A DNA stretch of 64,000 nt from the human T2T-CHM13v2.0 reference genome, Homo sapiens, in assembly GCF_009914755.1 (NCBI RefSeq), contig NC_060927.1; one strand, written 5' to 3'. Below, piece after piece: positions 13,235-28,870 of this stretch (positions within the stretch are counted from its first letter, which is position 1; every line of letters starts with the position of its first letter). The translations under genes and the position numbers were made by a program. A model generated the notes under the pieces. That model had not been told where the DNA came from and did not search any database. It was given only the letters and a program-made list of their open reading frames with translations.

Positions 13235-15715
13235 TTATCAGTGCGTTCTGCAAACCCAGATGTGTGTCAAGTGAAGATGCTGACCAGAGCGAAACGGCTG
13301 AATGATCTCAGATACCACAGTGTTTTTAATCCACTGCCTAAAAGACAGGATGAGCCCAGATTCTTCAATGTCACAATCACCTGGCACCTAAGAGCTGCTT
13401 CCATCACCTCCAGGTGACTCCGGGCTAGAAGCACAGGAGGGAGGCACTGGCGAAGGTCATTCCCCTATCCTTCACCCAGCCCAGCCTGACCAGGATCCTA
13501 GGTGTTGTGCCAGGCACCAAGCTGACCAGGACCCTGCCCTCAAGAGAGACATGCGGGTGGCAAAAAACAGAGGGAGGAGCCAGTGCTGAAGCCTGAAATG
13601 GAAGAGCAGCTGTGGGAGGTCCAAAGAGGGGGCGCATGGGGTTCAATGATGAAGCAGCGAGAGCAAGTTCCTGGTACCCGGCCTGGGAATCAGAACACAC
13701 GAGTGCAACTTCCAGTTCTGCTGCTGATTGACCCTGTGACCCAGGGAAAGTTATTTTACTTCTCTGCACCTCAGCTGTTCCATTGGCTAAAATGGGGAGG
13801 TTCTCCTGTGCCTTGTGTGGGAAATAGCTTATGGACAGTGTTACAGGGATCCTAGAGACCTTGAGGAACAGAATTCTGGAGCACAGCACCACACTGGCCA
13901 AATGTAGAATTTGTGCAAAGGCAATTTAAGGAACTTGGGATAATTTTGCTCTAACTAAAGAAACTCCTGATGGGAGGAAGGGCCGTGCATTTAGTCAGCC
14001 TGTCAATCATCACATCGAAAGCCCACCACCTGCTACAGGTGCTCTCTCTTTCAAGGCCATCTAAACTCTACTTATTCTGCAAGCAGCAGCCTAAACACCC
14101 CAGACAGGCCCTGCAGGAGTCATGGCTTCCTGCTCTGTGCTCCCCACATGGCTGTCTGCCTGCCTGTGGTCATGGCCACCCGCGTACCTGTCTCACCACC
14201 CTTCTGGAGAGGGCATTCCTTGAGAATGGGAATGTGCTGGGAGGGCGGGGCTCAGGACCATCAGACGCTTCTGGATGAGCATCTTCATCTTGTCTTAATA
14301 TACCCTTCAGTAAACCTGAGCACTTCCCCTGCGCTTTAGGGACCAACTGGGAGTAAACCCAGAAAGGTCCTATGTAGGCCTAAGACACCAGAATCTGAGC
14401 TGCTTCGATGTTATTTACAACTCCTCCTTCCTAAAGCACCTTCCAGGAAGGGTTTGCTTAAAGTTGGTAACACTTCACCAGGTGAGGTCCACCGACTAGG
14501 AAGGAGACAGGCGGCAACTCCAGCACAAAGTGACCCATTCACACAGATATAAAACAACTGAGATGGGAGGCCACTCCTTTCTATTCCCGGAGGCCAACAG
14601 GCCCCTGTGCAGCCTGCACTGTCCTGCGGGCACCTGTCCAGGAGGTTAGCCCCTTCATGTAATTATGAAATAAGACGCCAAGTTGTAAATGTCACTGCTG
14701 AAGAGAAAGATGCTTACTAGGAATGCTGGAATTCATCAGGATGAGGTTTCTAAAGGGGCCTGTTCCTCTGGCCTCTGGTCCTTGAGGTAGCTGTCTCTCT
14801 GTGGGAAATATGTGGGGGCAAGAGGGTTACACAGAACGCTGAAGGCTTTGTGAGGACAAAATGAGACTGATCCATGGAAGTAACATCGCAGAGAAGATGC
14901 TGGTTGGAGGATAGCTGAAATGATAGCAGTAGGATCACTGAAATGTAAGGAATAAATGAACGAGATAACTGCCCCCAAAGCCAGGAAGACATGAAACCTA
15001 AGAATCATGAGGAAGAATGAGAAAAAGGAAGACTAGACAGCTACAAGACTCACAAGAATGGCCAGCACCCAAGGCTGCCTGAATGTCCACCATGTCCAAA
15101 TCTTGAGAAAACGCAACAAAAAGAATGGCATGGCAGATCTGAAAACACTGGTTATAACTGATGCCACTCTACCCATTTTACAGATGAGGAAGCTGAGGGC
15201 CAAGAAGAGAGACTTGTCAGGCATTACACGCAAGCTAGGTGGCAAAGCTGATCTCAGAACCCAGGTCTACTGACTCCCTAGTTAATGCTCCTGTGTTTAT
15301 TAGCCCCGTCACCTCCAACCCACTCCCAACACAGGCCATAAACTCCTAGAGAGCAGAATGCATTGTGTAATGGACCAAAGGGTGTGCTCAGGACTAACCA
15401 GGCACCCAACACAACTAGCTCGTGGAGTATCTGCATATCATCCCATGGAAATATCAGCATGAAGACAAGTGAGTACAAGCTAAAGGTGTAGCTTTCAACA
15501 CCTCCAAGACCCTGTCACCATCATTGCCGCCACGGCCCTGGCAGCACTCCTCAGGAGCTCCTGGCTGTCCAGGGGACTATTTTCAGGGCTGAGAACACCT
15601 ATGTCTTCTGCCTGGGTTTGAGGCCTGGCTGGCGGCCGATGCTTCCGTACAATTACACCACAGAGGGCCACATGCACGGCCCCAGTACCAGCTGGGAGAT
15701 TTTCAAATCAACATT

Positions 15716-15836
15716 CCCAAGGGGATGTGCGGTTGGAATTGGTGCTGGTGGATCTCACATCCAGCAGAAACTTGGGTCGCTTCTGAGCTGGACGTTTCTC
15801 TGTCAAAGCGCTCTTCTCCATTTCCCTCCCAGGACA
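15716..15836 (+). repeat. Dispersed duplication B, copy 1
   Basis: 121 bp, about 6 mismatches to 16705-16825. Confidence 0.95.
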
Positions 15837-16704
15837 TGCTTGGGCCAACTCGGCTCATCATCAGCATCCAATTAAACCAGCCACAAGCATGTCATCTGAC
15901 CATGGGTGGAATTACAACCCAGAGTGAGTAATTAATGATACCCAAAAATAAACAAGAAAAGGAAAAAAAATCCAGAAGAAAAAAAAAGTGAGCCTTCTGT
16001 CCTCTCCTTTCCCTTCTCCTATCCCCAGAAACAATTCTTAGCAGACACATCTTAACACACAAAAAGCAACACGCAACAAAATAGATCAAGAAACGATGCA
16101 AAGAAAAGACACGCTCAGGTAAGCACAGTGCCTACCGTCCTGGGAAACACAACAGGCCTTCAGGGAGGGGCAGGTGAACCATGCAAGCGCCTCCTCTGTC
16201 TTTCTGTTTTGAAATGGCTTCAGAGATTTGCAGAGATAAATATTTACAACACATTAGAGGGCTTTCACTGCAGAGCGTCAGCCCAAATTCCACTAACTGG
16301 GAGAGGGTTTAGGGAGAAGGGGAAATGATGACAGCATTAAGCTATGTGACTCCAGCGTCCTGAGGCTGAGGACCTGGAAGCAGCTGCCTGGAAAAGGGGC
16401 TAATTTTCCCATTGTCCACTTTGAAATATTGCAGCAATATGCCACCTGCCTTATCATACTCTGGTGTTTTTAAATTGCTGTTCAGGAGCACCTCTGGCCT
16501 GCGGGAGCCAAAGGGCAACTGAAAGGGGTGGAGACTTCCCCTAACAGTGAGAGGATCCTGACCCCAGAGGAGTTGTTTTGAGGCCCACGGGACAGGCACG
16601 GTCCCCCTGTGCTCCACCATCCAGACCAGGCTGGCTTCTCGCACTGGAGGGTCTGAGCATGTGGTAGAGGGTCCGCCCCGCGACGCACAGACCCAGGGCG
16701 TGTC

Positions 16705-16825
16705 CCCAAGGGGATGTGTGGTTGGAATTGGCGGTGGTGGATCTCACATCCAACAGAAACTTGGGTCGCTTCTGGGCTGGATGTTTCTCTGTCAAAGCGC
16801 TCTTCTCCATTTCCCTCCCAGGACA
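16705..16825 (+). repeat. Dispersed duplication B, copy 2
   Basis: Direct repeat of 15716-15836, offset 989 bp. Confidence 0.95.
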
Positions 16826-17511
16826 AGGCCCAGCCACAGGGCAGCTGGCTCACTATAGGAATAGGGGCTACAAAGGAAGACGGGGAGCTTGCCAAGGGTC
16901 CTACGCCTTGGCCACAGATTCTAGGGGCTCCTCCAGCCTGACCAGACAAATGTTCACCCTCTAGGAGCAGGGAAGGGATGTCTGTGTGCCAGGCCCTGGG
17001 AAGGCTTTGCATGCTGATTCAGCCCATGAACCTCCATCATGTCTCCTCGAGGTGGTGGTTAGTATCTTCCAGTTTCAGATGAGGAACCTGATGCTCAGAG
17101 ACTTTCGGTAATTTGTTTAAGACAACTCAGCAAAAAAGGCTCAGGGTGGAGAGCAATTACAGATTCGCCTCGCTCGATAGTTTGCTTGAGCCACGACACA
17201 TTTCTGAGAAAAGCCTTCGGACATCTCTGAAGTCCCTTTTAAAGTCCTCTTATGAGCCAGAAATGCTTCCACATCAAGGGTGAAGATAGCAGACGACCCC
17301 AGATCATCTCTGTGCAGTGGCTGGGGCTTCATGGACAGAACCCCCAACCATGACCACCTCCCACAAGACCCTCATCCCCAAGAAGCATGAAGACTATTGG
17401 GATTCTCTTTCATTGACAAAGACCAATAGAGAAACTTCTGGAAGAAAGGGTTTTATGCCCTTGTATCACCGAATCATCTAAACACTCTATGAGATATATA
17501 GATATATAGAT

Positions 17512-17792
<281 letters not shown>

Positions 17793-17815
17793 TGAGATTA
17801 ATATTATTTCTATTT

Positions 17816-17988
17816 GGCTGGGTGCAGTGGCTGATGCCTGTAATCCCAGCACTTAGGAAGACTGAGGCAGGAGGATCACTTGAGCTCGGGAATCTGAGGC
17901 TGCAGTGAGCTGTGTTCGCACCACTGCACTCCAGCCTGGGTGACCGGGTGACCAAGTGAGGCCCTGTTTCAAAAAAAAAAAAAAAAAA
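17816..17988 (+). mobile_element. Alu monomer or deleted Alu
   Basis: Left-arm start joined to right-arm end, with poly(A). Confidence 0.8.
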
Positions 17989-19514
17989 TTCCACTTGACA
18001 AATGAGGAAATCGAGAAGTATAATAATCCAAGATCACGCAGCTGGTCAGTGGTAGGGCTCGAAACCCCGTCTGTTGGGCTCGACAGCCTGGTGCCTGCTT
18101 TTCACTGCCCATGCTGCCCTGCCTTCCGGGCTCCTGGGCAGCCAGGATACGGCCAGCGCTCAGCTTTGCAGGCTCTGCCCAGACAGGAAGGCCTTGACTC
18201 TCACTGTGCTAATCTATGTTTTCCACATTAGCAGCCTGCCCCTCCTCGGATGGTCGGGGGGAGAAAGGAAACAGAGTTCATAGAGTGATTTATGCAACCT
18301 GTTAGCAGCTCTGGTAAAAGGTTTTGGGTCCAGGAAGTTGAAATGAATAACCACAGCCAGTTTCATATATTCGCTGTACAACAAACTTTCTTCAGGCCTT
18401 ACTCGCCCCCTCTCAAAATGAAGCATGAAAAACTGTGTTGGCTATGGCTCAGCCATGGCATTGTTTATAGCGCCCAGCTCCTGTTTTGTGGACCAAACAA
18501 ATTATCATGAGAAGACACAGTTTTTGCTTCAGCAACAGTGTAACATGAGTCTCCTTCCTCATCCTTAGCACCTTCTGCTAAGAGGTATAAATCATATCCT
18601 TTAGGATAGGACAGAATTTATTTTGAACTTGGCTGAAAAATTTGGGGGACTTACATAAGACAGCACATATAACACCCAATGTAAATTTCCCTCTCGCTTC
18701 TATTGCCAATATGAAGTGATGGCTTACGCACGGATTGATGTAGTTCAATACACAGGGGAAATGGAATTTGAGATCTGAAAATCTTCCATTTCTATGGTAA
18801 GGATGTCCATGGTCCCTGCTGGCCTTTCCATAGTTCACATCTCTCTCGTGTCTGCTATAAGTTTTTGGTTTTTTTTTGTCTCTAAAAGCTTAAATTCTTT
18901 CCTATTTGAGGCAGGAACACATCTGGACTCTGTTCACAACAGTTAGACCGATGATGCTTAGTCTTTCTTCTTCACCAACAGGCTTTTTTTCAGAGACCCC
19001 TGGGGGAGAAGCTGTAGAAAGCAATCCTTTTTGGATAGAATTATCAGGTGTTTTCTGAAAATAATGATACAGATACCACTGGTTGCCCAAACTGTCACAG
19101 TGCAACTTTTCAAATTCTCCATTTTGAGATTCTTTATCAGAATTATGGGCTCCTGTTTCTAATCTCACCTTCCAACCACTCTCTCCCTCTTGAGTGGCAT
19201 TTGAGCCCATGCCACCTTATGGATTCAGTCTAAAATTAGGTAAACTAACAAAGGTTCCATCCTGCTGCCTGCAGCTCCTCATCCCCACACTGTCCCCTGA
19301 CACCTGCTCCTGCCCTTGGCCCTGCACTCTGTCAGGGCCTGTCCACTGCAGCCTTGCCCCTTCCATTGATTCACATGGCAATGACAATGATAGGACTAAT
19401 TCCTTATATTTCTATGGCATGTTGCAACGTTCAAAATACATTCCCAGCCCATAAAACTCCTTCCCATGCTTTAACTCGTTTGATCCTTACAGCAACCCTA
19501 GGGGGCAGGTGCAT

Positions 19515-20015
19515 CCATGTGGACTGGGTTTAACTGCATATCACAGAACACCTCTAGCAGCAACAGTTTCAACACAGAGAAGAGCATAACTAAGCCACAT
19601 CCACGGAGGGCATGGCTGCTCCATGAAGTTATCAAAGACCCAGACGACTTCTGCTTTTCTCCTTTGCTATCCTAGATCTCATTTCCATCCTCAAGGTACC
19701 TCATGGTGCAAGACAGGGGCTGCTGGGGCTCCAGCCAACTTGGCTGCATTCCAGGCAACTGAAAGGACCAAAGAGAAAAGACACCCTGACTTTGCTTCCT
19801 GCAATGAGGCAGACTGTTTAAGCATCCTTCCTGGAAGTCTTTAACATTTCTTCTCATAGCTCACTAGACAAAATTTAGTCATGTGACGACACTTAGCTAC
19901 AATGAAAGCTGTGAAATGCATTCTTTTATGGGCAAAAGGTTACCCCCAAATAAATGGGATGCAGTTGTAAATAAGAAAGGAAAGAACTGATATAGAGCAG
20001 GAACTAGCAGTACTC
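19515..20015 (-). mobile_element. Old MaLR LTR (MLT1J/K-like)
   Basis: Degenerate MLT1 motifs (acacttagctacaatgaaagctgtgaaatgcattctttt). Confidence 0.5.
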
Positions 20016-21590
20016 CCACAGAAGGCAAGAAGTAACTACACCCACTTTACAGATCAAGAAATAGAGGCCCAAAGAGATTAGGTGTTGCTACGGTCACATG
20101 GTCACTAGTGGCAAGATGGGAACTAAGTCCATGTCACTGGCCCCACATCCAGATCCCCTTTCCCTGTTCATGGAGCCTCCTTGCTGCAGTGGAGCCGCTG
20201 CTGTGTTTCCGCATGGACTCTTGCTTGCTTCCCCTCCAGACCTTTGTTCAGCCCTCAGCTGTCCCCAGTTGGTCTATCAACAAGATCCGTGCCTGCCAGC
20301 CCCAGGCTGCCATCCTGAAGGACTACTGTCCTCTGTCCCCTGCCTCACACTTTGTTCCTTCTTTGTTCCCTGCCTTGCCTCCCTGCATTTGTGTCCCACT
20401 GGGTCCCTTGGAATCCAGGCATGGTCATTAGCAAGGAGGACCAGGCCAGAGGTGGCCAGATACCAGCAATACAGACCCTCAGAGTAGGATCACAACCCCA
20501 CAACTATTTCTGCAATGCCCAGAGAGTTCTGTGAGCAGGATGCCTCACCTTGGGGTACCCATACCATACCAAGATGGTTGACACCTCCTGAAATTGTTTC
20601 TGATGGCCAACCTCTTGTGTGACCATGACCTTGTTCCATTCTGACACTGAAAACACATTTCATGATGGATGTGGACGCTTATCTGTGGGTCCTTGACTAC
20701 AATGCCTAAGCAAACACAAATTAGTTAGTGCTGAAGTGCAGTTTGGTAAACAGAACCTTTGCAATGATGGAGTCCGTTATGGGAAGTGACTAAGCGGGTT
20801 TCTTGGTGGTGAAATGTGTGGGGACTTCTGCTCCATTGGAAGGGGAGAGTCTGTATTTCCAGTGAAAATTGGAGCCTGGACTCTCAGCACAGGGGCCAGT
20901 CCTGGACTTCCCCGCCTTCCTGTGTACACATGAAAACATTTTGTTTTCAAGTTCTAGCACCTTGGCTACCTCTTTCGTGTCTCTAACATGAAGGTCTCTG
21001 TATTCTGGCAGCAGTTCTCCCCATTGTGAACAATGAATCCGCCACTCTTCCCTGGAGTTACACTGTCTCAGTTCCTCTCCCCCAGCAGACTCATTCTTCT
21101 CCAGGTGGTGCTCTCCAGCCTCCTACCATCCTCTACAGGGTCGCAGGCTACAGGGTTTCCTCAGCCTCCTCCAGCCAACTACGGCGGAAGCACCAACAAC
21201 CAAGAGAGGCGCAAACTCCTGAGATCCTCTCCCAGAAAGGGCAAATAGGACCAGGCAGAGAACAGCCGGCTTCTCAGCGAGAGGAAGATGTCCACCCCCA
21301 GCCACAGCGCCTGACTTCTCCCTGGGACCATGGAGGGGTGTGGAAAGAATGGCCCCACATCATCCCTTGTGCTAGAAGAAACCCACATCACAGCACAGAA
21401 AAATGTTTCTCCACTTTATGAGTCCAGAAATACCTCTCTGACCTTTTCTAGCAGGAGGAAAAAATATGGCCTTAATCTTTTCAGTAGCAAATATCTTTTA
21501 CCCTGTGACAGTTTGCAAACTGACTAGCCAATGGTCAAATGGCTCTTCAGCTTTCCTGTCTCCTGAGCCAGGAATCCTAACAAAATGTCA

Positions 21591-21708
21591 CGTTATATTG
21601 GTGCTGTTGATACTACATCTTCTAAAAAAGATGGACGATCTATCATCATCGTTATATTAGTGCTGTTGATACTATATCTTCTAAAAAAGATGGACGATCT
21701 AGCATCAT
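21591..21708. repeat. Tandem duplication, 2 x 59 bp
   Basis: cgttatatt(g/a)gtgctgttgatacta(c/t)atcttctaaaaaagatggacgatcta(t/g)catcat twice. Confidence 0.95.
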
Positions 21709-22485
21709 CTAGGAGATAATTAAGTCCCTATATCTCAGGTACTGGACTACACACTTTACATATTTTGCCTCATTGAATCCTCACACACAGGGCTTACTGT
21801 CCCCATTCTCTAGCTGCCTCCTCCCTGACAGGTGAAGTTTCATTGCTTTCATCTCTGTTTACCAAGGTTGAGAGGAGCCCCTCCTGTTATGAGTCTGATA
21901 AGAATGACACAGGAAGGTGGGGAAGTCCAGGACTGGCCCCTGTGCTGAGAATCCAGGCTCCAATTTTCATTGGAAATACAGACTCTCCCCTTCCCATGGA
22001 GCAGAAGTCCCCACACATTTCACCACCAAGAAACCCCCTTAGTCACTTCCCACAGCAGACTCCATCATTGCAAAGATTCTGTTTACCAAACTGCACTTCA
22101 GCACTAATTAGTCTATTTCCCAATTTTAATTAAATTTTAATTTCATTTAATTCATTAGTTTTTCTTCTAATTAAATAACATTTGAGTTATTTTAATTTTA
22201 ATTAAAGACATAAAATACAATGCACCAAACTGACAGAACTGCAGCTGAGTGCAAAAAACAAAGAGAAAACAAGGTTTTGACTCATAAATATTTCAGCGTG
22301 CACTTCCTAAGAAACAAGGACACTCTCTTTCAGAACAACAGTACAACATCAAAGTCAGGACACTAGCAGTAACACCCCAATACTATTTCATCCACAGTCC
22401 CATTCAAAATGTGTCAGTTGTCCAAAAACAAAAACACAGTTCCTGGCCCCGGATTGCATGTAGTTGTCCCACGTGTTCTATCTGA

Positions 22486-22850
<365 letters not shown>

Positions 22851-23088
22851 ATGGGCCAATTATCTAGTAAAAGTCCTTCAATCTGGGTTTGCCTGATGTT
22901 TCCTCCTGACTAGACGCAGGCTGTGCATCTTTGTCAGGAAAGCCACGGAAGCCATACTGCGTTCTCGCAGCGCCATGTCGGCAGGCACATGGTGCCAGTG
23001 TGTCCTATCACTGTGACGTTAACTTTGATCACAGTCAAGCTACTATTTTTCTCTTTGTAACAACAACATTTTGTGGGGCAATACTTTA

Positions 23089-23566
<478 letters not shown>

Positions 23567-24824
23567 TCACCCATGCCCAGCCAAGAAGAGCTTCCTGGGA
23601 TCACCCACTTACGGTAGGTTGTGCCAAGCATATTGTTCCCTTCTAGTATTCCCCAAAATGCAAATACCAGAAGGCTCCGTGGTGCCTGAGGCAGGGGAAC
23701 TGGACAAGGCAGAAGTGTCAGAGCTGCTGAGGCTGGAGCTTTGGGCCCATCATCCAAGTACTTGAGGCAGCAATGACCCGCTTAGAAAAATCTCCAGGAT
23801 ACGGGATCACTGTCCACTCATACTCGATGAAGAAATGATCACTGCATACCACAGGCAGCACCAGAACACCTTTTCTTTCCTCTATTTGTTTTTTTAAACA
23901 ACTGTTGACATGGGCTCTCCATTATTTCACAAAATATGAACTGAGGGATTTTAGGCAAGCGTGAGTAGGTAGGGCCCTGGGATAGAGCCGTGGCTCACCG
24001 GCCTGGCTATGGCACTGCGTCCAACCATGGGCAAGCCATCCCCAGCTGTCGCAGACTGTAAGGATGAGGGGTTTGAAATGAATGTGGTCTGAGACTCCTC
24101 CCAGCCCTACCACCCTGTGATTCTGAACAGGAATGGTCTTTGCCCCTCACTCATACCTTGTTTGTTCTCAGAACAGCACAAATATATCATCAGACACAGG
24201 AGATATACTCTACTGCGTTGTTCTCACCCATGCCCAGCTAAGCAAGCCACAAAATCCCTACTATGTGCCAAGCACTATGCTAAATGTGAGGGTTCAGAAA
24301 TAAATAGTGTCTTTCCTAGCCTCAAAATGCAAATACTGGAGGTTTTTTCACTAAATATCCTCTGCTGCCACTGCTGCAGCTGCTTCCATCCTACCCTGGT
24401 CCTGAGGGCAGCAGCCCTGCTCCCCAGTCACCCAGCAAGCATGGGCAGGCCCTGCTGAGAGAGGGCCCTGCCTATGAAGGAGAACCAGAGACTGGGAGGT
24501 GCTGGGACCTGCCTTACTACTGACAGCTCCCCTCTCTTCTGCAACATTCCTCATGATCATTAAATATCACCATATGGAAACTAACATTTCCTTAGTACCT
24601 ACTGTGTGCCAGCCCCTGGAATATTTGAAAGGCCCTCACTTTCTATTTTGCAAATGTTGAAAATTCAGGTCCACGGTGGCCTGTAATAACCTGCTTAGGG
24701 TCACACGGCCAGTGAGTGACCAGCAGAAATGCAAGTTAGTCCCCATCCCCATCACAAAGTCTGAGCTCTTTTGCCTCAATGTGGTCCCTTTAAACAGGGC
24801 TTACCTCTGATTCCACCCACTCCC

Positions 24825-25370
24825 TGTGCAGTTACCTACTTCTGGGAAACAAATCACTCCAAAACCTAGTGGCTTAAAACAACAGTGTATTACTATCCCT
24901 GACAGTTCCGTGGGTCCCCTAGGCTTAGCAGGGTCTGATTGTGGGGGTCTTTTGGGCGAATGCAGTAAGACGGTGGCTGGGCTGGAGGCCTCTAAAGGCT
25001 CAGCCTGGCTGGCCGACCATGATGGCTACACAGGTCGCAGCAGTCCCTGCTGGCCGCGGCAACGCGCTTAGCAGAGCTGTCATCCTGATGAGCTCACGTG
25101 GGCTCTCCCTGAGGTTCAGGCTCCATCCCGGCACGGCAGCCGGGTCCAAGGGGAAGTCTGCCACGGTGAGTGTTCCAGGAGACCCAGGCTGAAACGGCAG
25201 GGCCTCTTGTGACCCAGCCTTGGAAGGCACTCGGCATCACTTCCACTCCATCCCATTTGTCAAAACAAGCCACGGTGCCAGCCCAGACTCAGGGAGAGGG
25301 ACCAACACAAAGGTGTGCGTACAGGGAGGTGTCTCCCTTAGGGGTCGGCTTTGGAGACCAGCTGCCACGT
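24825..25370 (-). mobile_element. MaLR LTR (MLT1F/G-like)
   Basis: tgtgcagttacctacttctgggaaacaaatcactccaaaacctagtggcttaaaacaac. Confidence 0.7.
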
Positions 25371-25398
25371 CCCCTCATGCCACAGTGGGACACAGATA

Positions 25399-25552
25399 TA
25401 GATGGTCCCCGCCACAATGCGGTTCCACTTCACAATTTTTCAGCTTTAGGATGGGTTTATCAAGGCATCAAATGTATTCTCAGCTTAGGATATTTTTTAT
25501 TTACGATAGGTTTATTGGGCTATAGCCCCCCCCATAAGTAAAGGAGCGACTG
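25399..25552. mobile_element. MER47/Tigger-type MITE
   Basis: TIR-like ends agatggtccccg and aaggagcgactg, with TA flanks. Confidence 0.6.
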
Positions 25553-25743
25553 TATTTTAAATTTCTTCCCTATAGTCTTCCTAGTTTTCTACTATATACA
25601 AACACACACACACACTTTTGTAATCACAGGGATAAATATTTGAAATTATAACTATATAATATTGTAATATATGTTCTATGTAGGAGTATCGGTGTGTCAA
25701 ATGTATATTAATGTGTGTGTGTGTACATATATATATATATATA

Positions 25744-26037
<294 letters not shown>

Positions 26038-26476
26038 GTTAATGTATATATTTATATATATGTGTGTATATACACACACATATGAAACCAGAAGAAAATA
26101 TACAAAATACCACTGGAATAAGTGTGCAATTATTTTTAAAGTATTTTTCATGTTTCCAAAATGGACATATATTGCTTTTGAAAACATTTTAAAAGAAATT
26201 AATTAACTACCTCACAGAAAACACCCATCTTTTAGTCAATGTGCATGAGATTTAAGGCATTTAGCCATGACCGCAACTTTCTTTAGGATTCCTTCTCAAA
26301 GTCAACAGAGGCACCTATTTATACAACCTTCTTCCGAAGCCAAGTCCGCTCCAAGCTTCTGCAACCTTCCTGCTTCACCACAAGATGGTTGACTGGACTT
26401 CCAAATGCATTTGTCAAAGAAAAATCAAACAATAAGCTGAGAGTTCATCTCACCTGGCTTCGTTTCCTGTCATTCA

Positions 26477-26848
<372 letters not shown>

Positions 26849-28409
26849 TCAAACCTCTGTGTCCAGGGAGGTAAACTGAGGCAAAGCAATTCCCTTCCTG
26901 TCAGATTTAAATGACTGTGTAAACCTCACTGCAGACAATGAGGTGGAAGGTGATGAACTTGCTACTGCCTAAAGTGATACAGACCATCCAAACCCAACAG
27001 CAAAAGCAGCCAACGGGCTTCCCTCTGAGTTAACAGCCAGCAAAGGCACAGGGTGAGCCTGGACCGCACGCTTCGGGAACTGGGCATGGAAAGAGCTGGG
27101 CACCTGGGCAGGAGATGCCACAGGCAAGCCTAAGTTCTCCTGGCAGCCCTACCCTTCCCACAGGAGGGCAGGTTCTGAACGGCCAAGCCCTGGGGTCTGT
27201 TACCAGCGTCCGCACACATCAACAGCTCTGGGAGCCCGAGATGGTGTATTTGTTGAGTCAGTCAGTGCTATTTTTACCCGGTCACTTTCCAACCATAAAC
27301 CCAGACTTCAAATGTCATCACTTGGGGTGGATTAAGAAATCTGACTTGGCCTTTCTTGGGGTTTAATTTCCTACACGCCTGCATGAACGAAAAACTTTGG
27401 CATTCCTATGGAAACTAAGACATTTTAACCTTATCCAGGCAGGTGGTATCTGGATTATTGGTGTCTTGATTGTACTCTTAAACCTGCAGTTTCCCGATCT
27501 CCATGGATGTCAAACAAACAAACAAACAAAAAGCGTGTACTGCTCTGATGAGGCAGAGACGCCATGCCCTGCCCTTTCTCTCCTCTTCCAAAACAGGTCG
27601 CTTCCCCACAGGTCTGTATTCATGGTCTGGTTCCCAGAATGCCAGGTCAGGGCAAATTTGCTTTCTGAATATTCTAGTCCAATATCAAGAGATGAGGTTG
27701 CCTCTGTGCAATTCATACAACAGTTATTTGTGACTTTACTGGAGTCATTAATAGTTAAGTGATAAACATCCAGGTACAGAGTTTGGTAACTGTCAGTGAT
27801 GGAAGATTTGAACAATCTTAAAAGAATTCCCAAGTGATTTCAGTTATAAAGCCAGGCGTTAATTGTGTGGTCACAGAAACGCTGAACACGTACCAAAAGG
27901 AAAAGGGATGTTCCTTTTCCAGGGGAGCCAGTTTGAGTTTTGTTTTCTTTTTAAAACACTTGTACCTTCATTCATATTTTAAGTACCATCATGATGGTTG
28001 GTAACTTTAATTCCTTTAACATTAACAAAATTGGTCAAAAGCACTTCTAGCCCAGGCGATCTGGGATTTTCTGCTCCAAGACAGACAGAGCCCTTCTGCT
28101 TTTCAAAAGAAAAACCTGGAACTGCACCAAGGTTTCCTCCTGCACCTAACGAGAGGCTTGCCATGCTGGAATAAAAACAGAAACAAGATGCTGCTCGAAG
28201 TGTTTCGCTCAGGAGGAAAAACACTGCCCCAAGAAGTTACCAGCTGGGCACTGCTGAACGTGAGCACGGTCCCAGGTTCTCTCCGGGGCCAGGGGAAGTA
28301 CCAAGCCGGAACCTCTGAGTGAGTGTCCCATCAACAGTACCCGCAGCCAGCAACAACACACTGCAAAGTTCTAAGACATGGATGCCTTCCCTGTTCATGA
28401 CTAACAACT

Positions 28410-28870
28410 TTGCATTCTTTCAATCATTCAACGAATATTTATTACACCCCTACTGTGAACCAGGCACTGCTCTAGCCACTGCAGATAAGGCAGGGGAAAG
28501 ACAGGCAGGGGTCCCACTCCTGTAACTTACAGAGTAGACAAGATGGCCTCAGATGGCAGTAAGTGTTTCGGAGAAAATAAAATAGGGTGATGGGGGAGAA
28601 TGTGACATTGTGAGAGCTACTGGCATCGGATAGTCAGGGAAGGGCTTTTCAAAAGGCAACATTTGAGCTGAAACTTGAACTGTGGGGAAACAGAAATGCA
28701 AAGATTTGGGGAAAGAGGGCAAAGGGAGTCACTAGTGAAAAATCAAGGAATGCATTTAGCACATTTCTGTTAAAAAGCGGGGAGGAGAACCAGTGGAGTT
28801 GGAGCATGGGTGAGTGAGGAAGAAAGGTACTAAAGCTTAAAGCCGTGGCTAGAGAGCTAGGTGGACACAC
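28410..28870 (-). mobile_element. L2 3' fragment
   Basis: cattcaacgaatatttattacacccctactgtgaaccaggcactg. Confidence 0.65.
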
